Assembly (NCBI GenBank): GCA_041659785.1
Contig: JBAZXO010000004.1
Coordinates: 13,270-77,269 of the forward strand
Direction of reading: 5' to 3'
DNA length: 64,000 bases
DNA from: Minisyncoccota bacterium
GTDB lineage: Bacteria; Patescibacteriota; Minisyncoccia; Phycocordibacterales; UBA9973
A program made the position numbers and the translations under genes. Numbering within the stretch: the first letter of the stretch is position 1; each line of letters opens with the position of its first letter. The notes under the pieces are model-generated. The model saw only the letters and a program-made list of their open reading frames with translations. It searched no databases and had not been told where the DNA came from. Of this stretch, positions 57,715 through 64,000 are shown piece after piece.

Positions 57715-58110
57715 TCATCCCGTTTTGAGATCCTCTAATTTTTGGGCCTCGTAATGAACGTAAATCTCGGCACCACCCTTTAGAAGCAAATTGACCACTG
57801 CGGTTTTCTGCGAAAGGCCGAAACCTTTCAAAGGCCTGGTCTTTTTTGTGTCAAAGAAGACCATAAACACTTTCCCTTCTTTCTCTGTGACCAACTTCAG
57901 TCTTTCATCACGTAGGATGAGCATAGTAACTGCTTCATCATATGACATCCCCTCTCCTTTAAAATCAGGGGCCTTGGGGTAGAAGGCGTAAAACTTGCCT
58001 TCTCTTTGTATAACGACAATGTCCTTATTTCCGTAAGGCTGCTTCCCCTCTTTCCAGGCCCTAAAAGATTTTACCTCTTCACCACAAACTTTAAATTTGA
58101 AGGTATTCAT
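57715..58110 (-). CDS. Hypothetical protein with two HicB-N-like repeats
   Basis: EGKFYAFYP...GEGMSYDEAV and EGKVFMVFF...GFGLSQKTAV; own promoter, SD and terminator. Confidence 0.6.
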   Translation of the reverse strand: MNTFKFKVCGEEVKSFRAWKEGKQPYGNKDIVVIQREGKFYAFYPKAPDFKGEGMSYDEAVTMLILRDERLKLVTEKEGKVFMVFFDTKKTRPLKGFGLSQKTAVVNLLLKGGAEIYVHYEAQKLEDLKTG

Positions 58111-58197
58111 GTAAAAATCTCCTTCGTGGCCTTAAGGCCTAGGGGCGACGAGTGTCGCCAAGGTTTTGAAGAACTAACTTAAACTTTATACTTGCAT

Positions 58198-58226
58198 ATT
58201 ATACACCCTAACGAGGCTTCTGTCAA
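58198..58226 (-). promoter_or_regulatory. Consensus sigma70 promoter
   Basis: TTGACA-17 nt-TATAAT. Confidence 0.75.
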
Positions 58227-58230
58227 TCTC

Positions 58231-58809
58231 TTATATCCTAAGAATAGCCTCGGAACTGTCAGGATATAATCTAATAAGCCTAGAAGCCTTGCCGGTGATG
58301 ATTCCCCCATCCACATATAGGTCAACCTTATCTCCAAAATAGTCTTGTGCTTCAAAAATATCTTCTGCGGGAGGCAGTCCTTCAATATTTGCCGAAGGAG
58401 CAAGAAGTGGTCCGACATTTAATAAAAATTCTCGGAGTGGTTTAAAAGAAGGCACCCGAAATGCTAAGGTCTTCGTGCCACGATGCAGATAAGTAAATTT
58501 ATCATCAAGACAATCTAGAACGATAGATATGGGCTCAGGTTTATCTTGAGTAAAATTAAAAGACCAATATTTTTCTAAAACTTTTTTTTGCTCTCTATCA
58601 GGGTTAATAGAAAATTTTGCAAGCTCAGAAATATCACCAATTAATATTATGCAAGGCTTAAGAGACGTTCTTTTTTTAAGATTATAAATACGATCAACGA
58701 CAGAAGCTTCTTGCGCTCGTCCGACGATGCCATACAAAGTATCTGTCGGCATAACGACAACACCATTTTCTTCAAGAACTCTAATAAGATTCGGGTCATT
58801 CCATAGCAT
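58231..58809 (-). CDS. tsaC: L-threonylcarbamoyladenylate synthase (YrdC/Sua5)
   Basis: PTDTLYG, IYNLKKR, AFRVP, PSANIEG. Confidence 0.93.
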   Translation of the reverse strand: MLWNDPNLIRVLEENGVVVMPTDTLYGIVGRAQEASVVDRIYNLKKRTSLKPCIILIGDISELAKFSINPDREQKKVLEKYWSFNFTQDKPEPISIVLDCLDDKFTYLHRGTKTLAFRVPSFKPLREFLLNVGPLLAPSANIEGLPPAEDIFEAQDYFGDKVDLYVDGGIITGKASRLIRLYPDSSEAILRI

Positions 58810-58862
58810 GGAAATAATTGTACTATTAGTGTATTATTAAGCAATAAGCTAATAAAAATATT

Positions 58863-59258
58863 ATGAACTTTTTAGATAAATTAGAAAGAAAGGTACGAGG
58901 AAAATTGAGCCACTATCCCATTTTCTATGCATTTGTGGGTGGTATCGGTGTTGTGCTTTTTTGGCGTGGAGTCTGGCACACAGCAGACGATTTGAATTTA
59001 GGCTCACTTATTTCAATAATTATCGGAGTCGTAATCCTTATACTCACGGGGGTATTCGTTTCTTCTTTTATCGGAAATCAGCTTATCATTTCTGGACTCG
59101 TTGGTGAGAAAAAAATAGCAGAAAAAGAAGAAGGTGAACTTCAGACAGAAGAAATGCGACTTAAAAGTCTCCAAAGTACTCTGAACAGATTAGAAAAAAA
59201 GCTAGACCACATAGACCAAGAAGTGGAAGAAAGGAAAATAGATAACAATCTTCAATAG
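58863..59258 (+). CDS. Hypothetical membrane protein with C-terminal coiled coil
   Basis: Two TMs around LFWRGVWH followed by heptad-rich tail. Confidence 0.7.
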   Translation: MNFLDKLERKVRGKLSHYPIFYAFVGGIGVVLFWRGVWHTADDLNLGSLISIIIGVVILILTGVFVSSFIGNQLIISGLVGEKKIAEKEEGELQTEEMRLKSLQSTLNRLEKKLDHIDQEVEERKIDNNLQ

Positions 59259-59287
59259 AATATTTTACGAGTTTATTTTTTTTAATA

Positions 59288-59363
59288 TGGGGTGCCTACA
59301 GGGATTCGAACCCTGACTAAGAGCTCCACAAGCTCTAGTGCTAACCATTACACCATAGGCACC
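59288..59363 (-). tRNA. tRNA-His(GTG)
   Basis: Encoded G-1, anticodon arm AGAGC-TTGTGGA-GCTCT, CCA. Confidence 0.95.
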
Positions 59364-59427
59364 ATGTATGAATAGTTATAACAAAAAAAGCATAAAAATG
59401 CTAATTGATTGGTCGCAAATATTTTTG

Positions 59428-59509
59428 TGCCCAGGGGGGGACTCGAACCCCCATGCCTTTCGGCGCTACCACCTCAAGGTAGTAAGTCTACCAGTTTCTC
59501 CACCTGGGC
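59428..59509 (-). tRNA. tRNA-Leu(GAG)
   Basis: Anticodon arm CTACC-TTGAGGT-GGTAG, variable arm, A73. Confidence 0.93.
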
Positions 59510-59522
59510 ATGGTCAAACTCT

Positions 59523-59561
59523 AACAAAAAAATCCACTTTTGTGAAATGGATTTTTTTGTT
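59523..59561 (-). terminator. Terminator-like hairpin after rplS
   Basis: AACAAAAAAATCCA...TGGATTTTTTTGTT. Confidence 0.55.
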
Positions 59562-59570
59562 AATTAATTT

Positions 59571-59984
59571 TTATTCTGCAACTTTTTCTACTACTTCATC
59601 CTCTCCTTCTGCCTGGTTTGTGACAGAACGCATTTTTCGGCGAACATCTTTCACGGCCTTGGTACGAATATAGTAAAGTTTACTTCTGCGAGCACGAGCT
59701 CTTTTTGTTATTTTGATTTCTCCTATCATTGGAGAATATAAAGGGAAGATTCTTTCAACTCCGACACCGGAAGCAACTTTTCTAACAGTAAAAGTAGCAC
59801 CTGCCTCCGCTCCATGCTTTCTTGCAAGGACAATGCCTTCGAAAACCTGGAAACGAGACTTACCTTTTTCATCTATGATTTTTGATGAAACGGAAACTGT
59901 GTCTCCAGCCTTGAAATCAAGCTTCTTTCGCTCTTCAATGTCTACTGGACTGAATTTAATTGTGTTGATTTTATTTCCTGCCAT
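59571..59984 (-). CDS. rplS: 50S ribosomal protein bL19
   Basis: FKAGDTV, TFTVRK, GVERIFP, RRSKLYYIR. Confidence 0.97.
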   Translation of the reverse strand: MAGNKINTIKFSPVDIEERKKLDFKAGDTVSVSSKIIDEKGKSRFQVFEGIVLARKHGAEAGATFTVRKVASGVGVERIFPLYSPMIGEIKITKRARARRSKLYYIRTKAVKDVRRKMRSVTNQAEGEDEVVEKVAE

Positions 59985-60031
59985 AGTAAAAGCACTTTAA
60001 CATAAAAGATTTTTAAAGGCAATCAGATGCT

Positions 60032-60075
60032 TCCAGACGTTGGACGTCTGTAGCTACAGACGTCCAACGTCTGGA
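60032..60075. repeat. Perfect 44-bp doublet palindrome overlapping the rluA-like stop
   Basis: TCCAGACGTTGGACGTCTGTAG-CTACAGACGTCCAACGTCTGGA. Confidence 0.85.
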
Positions 60076-60833
60076 TTAGCTATTTTTCTAAACATTAAAG
60101 GTAAGGGCGATTCTACTTTTATTGTTTTACCTTTTAAGTCTTTAAATTCTATAGATTTAGCATGCAGAGCCATACGTTTTATATCTTTCGGGTGTGGTGC
60201 ACCAGGATTATAGAGCTCATCACAGACTACAGGATGATTTAAATATTTCATGTGCACACGAATCTGATGTGTACGACCAGTTTTCGGATATACTTCCAAA
60301 TATGTAAATTTAGAAGGCGCTTCGAACCTTTTTAAGACTTTATATTGAGTGATTGCTTCTCTAATTTCTCCTCGAACTCCTCTGCCAGAGAGATATCGAC
60401 GAAAGTCTGCGGGACTTCGGCCAATGGGTTTGTTGATTACTCCCCTATCGTCTTTAACCCAACCATTAACTATCGCAACGTATGTCTTGTTGATTCTATT
60501 TTGCCTGTCCGCCAATCCGCTACCAGTTTTTAATCCAAAAGCGGGGGCGGAAAACTGACTCTTTAAAAATTCATAAGCTTTTTTATTTTTTGCTAAAAGC
60601 AAAACACCGGAAGTGTCGCGGTCTAGTCTGTGAACAATGCCGGGGCGCACAATATCCCCCATTGGCTCACCTACGTTTTTCATTTTTGGATAATTTTCTA
60701 AAACCCAGTCCGCAATTGTTTTCTCCCCGCTAGCGTGGGGAGGTTTTGTTTTACCATCTCCATGCACCGAAATACCAGACGGTTTGTCTATGGCTAAAAT
60801 ATTAGAATCCTCATATAAGATTTTTATTTTCAT
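60054..60833 (-). CDS. RluA family pseudouridine synthase
   Basis: DKPSG, HRLDRDTSG, TGRTHQIRVH, ALHA. Confidence 0.95.
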   Translation of the reverse strand: MKIKILYEDSNILAIDKPSGISVHGDGKTKPPHASGEKTIADWVLENYPKMKNVGEPMGDIVRPGIVHRLDRDTSGVLLLAKNKKAYEFLKSQFSAPAFGLKTGSGLADRQNRINKTYVAIVNGWVKDDRGVINKPIGRSPADFRRYLSGRGVRGEIREAITQYKVLKRFEAPSKFTYLEVYPKTGRTHQIRVHMKYLNHPVVCDELYNPGAPHPKDIKRMALHAKSIEFKDLKGKTIKVESPLPLMFRKIANPDVGRL

Positions 60834-60836
60834 TTG

Positions 60837-60908
60837 TGCCCTTGGTAGGAATCGAACCTACATCAAAGCCTTAGAAGAGCTTCGTTCTATCCATTGAACT
60901 ACAAGGGC
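60837..60908 (-). tRNA. tRNA-Arg(TCT)
   Basis: Anticodon arm AAGCT-CTTCTAA-GGCTT, A20, T-loop TTCGATT. Confidence 0.93.
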
Positions 60909-60922
60909 AAATTGAGAACATG

Positions 60923-60995
60923 TGCGCGGTGAGGGACTTGAACCCCCGACCTTCTCAGTGTAAATGAGTTGCTCTACCAACTGAGCTAACCGCGC
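60923..60995 (-). tRNA. tRNA-Val(TAC)
   Basis: Anticodon loop TTTACAC, acceptor GCGCGGT-type stem, A73. Confidence 0.93.
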
Positions 60996-61075
60996 ATTCA
61001 CTTTAATTGAAACAAAGAACTATATTCGTAATGCAAGTTAACGACATACCAAAACAGCTAACCGCGCATTCACTT
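60984..61075 (+). repeat. 20-bp direct repeat containing the tRNA-Val 5' end
   Basis: AGCTAACCGCGCATTCACTT at 60984-61003 and 61056-61075. Confidence 0.8.
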
Positions 61076-61087
61076 CTAACGACCTAC

Positions 61088-61111
61088 TTCATCCCGCCAT
61101 GGCGGGACAAG
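61088..61111 (+). repeat. Family A palindrome, intergenic
   Basis: TTCATCCCGCCATGGCGGGACAAG. Confidence 0.8.
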
Positions 61112-61146
61112 AAACATCTAACATCTACAATTTCAAATTAGCATTT

Positions 61147-61455
61147 TTACAAAGAAGGGTCAACAACAGCAGCCGGAGATTTTAATACATCAGCTGATTT
61201 TTGTTCTTTATCGGTAAAATAAAAAAGTACACTTTTTATACGATCTTCTTTTATCATTGGAATTTGTCCGCTAATATTAACAGCTGATGCGTTAGACTCT
61301 CCTTCTATTTGGTCAAAAAGCTGATAACCAAAAATACAAGAAAAAACAATACTAATAAATACAAAAATAACAGCGATTTTCCAATAAAAATTTGGGTTAA
61401 GATTAAAATCTTTTTTCTTAAAATTATTTTCTTTTTTAAAAAATTTTATTTTCAT
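61147..61455 (-). CDS. Hypothetical single-TM protein in the PilP position
   Basis: Last gene of pilMNO-like operon. Confidence 0.55.
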   Translation of the reverse strand: MKIKFFKKENNFKKKDFNLNPNFYWKIAVIFVFISIVFSCIFGYQLFDQIEGESNASAVNISGQIPMIKEDRIKSVLFYFTDKEQKSADVLKSPAAVVDPSL

Positions 61456-61456
61456 T

Positions 61457-61996
61457 TTATGGAATAAAGCTTATAAGTTGTATCTTGAAAATTACCTCCC
61501 ATTCTGACGGGGGCATATTTTTACCGACTACTACTGGAGAAAATAATTTATGCATATCCATCGAGACAAAATCAATCTCATATGGAGCATTTTCTAAAAG
61601 TACTAAAAATTTATAAATTGCTTCAAATTTACCTGACGCTTTTAACCCAATCGTTAATTCAGGATTATTTGTTTTTGTATTAATTGAATCAATTTGAACA
61701 GAAACAACAGCTCTTTTAGCTAATGTTTCAATTGTGTTTAGAAAAGGAACAATATCAGAACTTTTAACAAAATGATCTTCCAACAAAACCCTATCAGAAG
61801 TATTTTTTTGTAATGCTCTATTGAGAGAAGAGACGTCTTCACGTCGACGTGCCTCTGTTTGTAGAGTTATTGTATTTTGTTGTATTTTTTGATTATTATC
61901 ATTTACTTTTCTATATAAAAATATAAGGGCAAAACAGAAAAACAACAAAAGTGTTGCGGAGATAAATAATAATATTTTTTGAAGGTTATTTTTCAT
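61457..61996 (-). CDS. PilO-like type IV pilus assembly protein
   Basis: TM, coiled coil, GKFEAIYKFLVLLENAPY. Confidence 0.7.
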   Translation of the reverse strand: MKNNLQKILLFISATLLLFFCFALIFLYRKVNDNNQKIQQNTITLQTEARRREDVSSLNRALQKNTSDRVLLEDHFVKSSDIVPFLNTIETLAKRAVVSVQIDSINTKTNNPELTIGLKASGKFEAIYKFLVLLENAPYEIDFVSMDMHKLFSPVVVGKNMPPSEWEVIFKIQLISFIP

Positions 61997-62000
61997 ATTT

Positions 62001-62543
62001 TTATAAAGGTATTAAACTCAAAGAAAAATTAATGTTACTTCCTTTTACAAAATTTGAAATCGGTAAATCAATATTTTTAAAATTTGGACTATCTTCTAAT
62101 GCTTGACGGAATAAAAGCAAAACCTCACGAGATGGTGCAGTACCAGTAATATTAATTTTTTTACCATTTATTATATTATTTTCATACGTTATTTGAGTAA
62201 TTTTAATATCAGATCTTTTTTTTAAAAGAATGGCATTTATAACTTTTACAGAAAGAAGAAACTTGTTTTTTTCAAATTTTTCAACCAAGGCAAGTTTATC
62301 ATTTACGTCTTTAACTATTGCAAGTGATTGTTCCCCAAGCGGAGGTAGTGGCTCCATTTTTTGATTTTCAAGTTTTGTGTTAATTAAAGAATATTTTACA
62401 GAAGAAATAAAATAAGATGGTAGCAAAGAGAAAAAAGCAATAAGAATAGAAAAATTAAGCATGAAAAAAAACAAAATAGCGATCCTATAGTAAAAATCTA
62501 TGGTCATCTTTTTCTTTTCTTCTTTTGGAATTAAATTGATCAT
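62001..62543 (-). CDS. pilN: PilN-like type IV pilus assembly protein
   Basis: MINLIP PilM-binding motif, TM, GTAPSRE. Confidence 0.8.
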   Translation of the reverse strand: MINLIPKEEKKKMTIDFYYRIAILFFFMLNFSILIAFFSLLPSYFISSVKYSLINTKLENQKMEPLPPLGEQSLAIVKDVNDKLALVEKFEKNKFLLSVKVINAILLKKRSDIKITQITYENNIINGKKINITGTAPSREVLLLFRQALEDSPNFKNIDLPISNFVKGSNINFSLSLIPL

Positions 62544-62553
62544 TTTAATTTAA

Positions 62554-63648
62554 CTAACTTTTACTTAAATCTCCTAAAGCAAGTCCTAATGCTGTCGCAA
62601 AAGCTAGAGATTGTTTAAAGCTCATTTCTGGAATATCATTTCTTGTATTGGGTATATTAATCCAAACATTTCCCATCTCCACAGTACTTTTCATACTAAC
62701 AGAAATATAGTCAGCGAGCCCTATTAAATTTGAATCGCCACCACAAAAAATTATCTTTTTTATTGGTGGATTATTTCTACCTTCTTCATCTTTGTGCGTA
62801 TGCCAATACATAAAATGTTTCACAAGCTCATCACGCAAAACAGAAACACTATTTAAAAGTACTGCAAATATTTCTTTATTATCAGTATTCCTCTCTAATC
62901 CATATTTTTCCTTCATTTTTTCTGCCTCTTCAAAACTTATATTAAAGTTTTTTTGAATCATGTTAGTCAACATCACTCCTCCCACATCAAGAGTAAAGGT
63001 AAAAACCACAATTCCTTTAGAAACAATAAAAATTCCGGTTCTTTTTTTACCAAAATCTACAATCATATAAGTATCTAAATCATCTTTTTTTATCAGTGCT
63101 CTAGAAATCGCTTGTGCTTCAAGCTCAAATGATTTAACTGATATATTAGAATGTTGAAAAATTAAAAGATAATTTTCAATTATATTTTTAGGGATAGCAG
63201 TAACCTGCACTTCAAGATTTTGAGCATTTTCACTAACTAGATCATAGTCAAAAATTGTGTCCTGGGCCATAATCGGAATGTGGTCTTCGAGAGCTAGTTC
63301 TATTCCTTCTCGAACATTTTTCAAACCTGCTTTTTCTAGCTTAAGAGCGAAGAGGTACACTTGCTCTTCTGGCAAGGAAACACGCACAGCTTTTACTCCC
63401 TCTTCTTTTCTTAAAGCTGAGAGAATTTCTTCCATTTTTTGGGAATCTATAATTTTCCCAGACTCAATGACGCCAGGAGGGATACTTCGTTCTCCGTATT
63501 TACCAACCTTTATACCATTTTTAGTAGTGACAAGTTCTACAAACTTTAATGATTCATCTGAAATATCCAGACCAAAAAATGGTTCTGATAGAAATTTAGG
63601 CGGAGGAAAAAATTTAAGGAAAAAATTATTAAATGAATTGCCAAACAT
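62554..63648 (-). CDS. pilM: Type IV pilus assembly protein PilM
   Basis: FGLDISD, IVDFG, EAEKMK, CGGDSNL, ALGLAL. Confidence 0.9.
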   Translation of the reverse strand: MFGNSFNNFFLKFFPPPKFLSEPFFGLDISDESLKFVELVTTKNGIKVGKYGERSIPPGVIESGKIIDSQKMEEILSALRKEEGVKAVRVSLPEEQVYLFALKLEKAGLKNVREGIELALEDHIPIMAQDTIFDYDLVSENAQNLEVQVTAIPKNIIENYLLIFQHSNISVKSFELEAQAISRALIKKDDLDTYMIVDFGKKRTGIFIVSKGIVVFTFTLDVGGVMLTNMIQKNFNISFEEAEKMKEKYGLERNTDNKEIFAVLLNSVSVLRDELVKHFMYWHTHKDEEGRNNPPIKKIIFCGGDSNLIGLADYISVSMKSTVEMGNVWINIPNTRNDIPEMSFKQSLAFATALGLALGDLSKS

Positions 63649-63664
63649 AGTAATAGTATACTAT

Positions 63665-63994
63665 TTATCTAGCTCTCGTACCAGCTGGAATCTCATTATT
63701 TGGTTCCAATAGGGAAAATTTTCCATCTTCTGTAGAAACAGCCAATATCATCCCTTGGCTTTCAAAGCCTCGAATCATCCTTGGCTCTAAATTTGCAACA
63801 AACATGCATTTTTTACCAACCAAAACGGAACAATCTGGAAAATATAAAGAAATCCCTGAAACTATTTGCCTGGGTGTTGCTTCCCCCAAATCAACAGACA
63901 ACTTCAATAGTTTATCCGTATCAGGAACTTTTTCTGCAGATAATATTTTCCCGACAACAATATCAATTTTTTTAAAATCTTCTATGTTAATCAT
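63665..63994 (-). CDS. tRNA-binding OB-fold protein (MetRS C-terminal/CsaA/Trbp111-like)
   Basis: DKLLKLSVDLG, RQIVSGI, VANLEPR, ESQGMILA. Confidence 0.9.
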   Translation of the reverse strand: MINIEDFKKIDIVVGKILSAEKVPDTDKLLKLSVDLGEATPRQIVSGISLYFPDCSVLVGKKCMFVANLEPRMIRGFESQGMILAVSTEDGKFSLLEPNNEIPAGTRAR

Positions 63995-64000
63995 ATTACT

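Noticed and set aside
1-64000. CRISPR array
   Set aside because: Repeats are dispersed; there is no regularly spaced repeat-spacer series and no cas gene.
1-64000. Genetic code 25 (TGA = Gly)
   Set aside because: TGA ends smpB and pyrH at their expected C-termini, and conserved genes are uninterrupted under code 11.

Overview
AT-rich chromosomal segment of a Patescibacteria (CPR) bacterium, most likely Parcubacteria (inferred from the missing uL30 in the spc operon, no uL1 after uL11, and typical CPR gene families). It uses genetic code 11. The core is the str-S10-spc ribosomal supercluster plus secE-nusG-rplK, infC-rpmI-rplT, smpB/tmRNA, ftsH, recG, pilMNOP and seven tRNAs. Salvage-type modules include a B12 S-component + class II RNR + PduO + HD hydrolase operon, a ThyX/TMK/CYTH/MazG/dCMP-deaminase cluster and a YhhQ-DHFR-CofE operon. 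There is no CRISPR array, rRNA or transposase. The most striking unexplained signals are: (1) a family of small GC-rich palindromes with a CAAG foot found both between genes and inserted in-frame in proteins (RecG, an ATP-grasp ligase, a DEAD-box helicase), with related hairpin insertions in MurB, RluA and possibly TsaC; (2) at least five further dispersed REP-like repeat families, some with locus-specific outer stems; (3) tRNA-Ser with an ACT anticodon and tRNA-Ile with a TAT anticodon; (4) an unannotated ~155-nt rod-shaped ncRNA with its own promoter and terminator; (5) an HTH/LAGLIDADG-like gene whose stop codon lies inside a tRNA. All calls come from reading the sequence and recalled family motifs; no searches were run.
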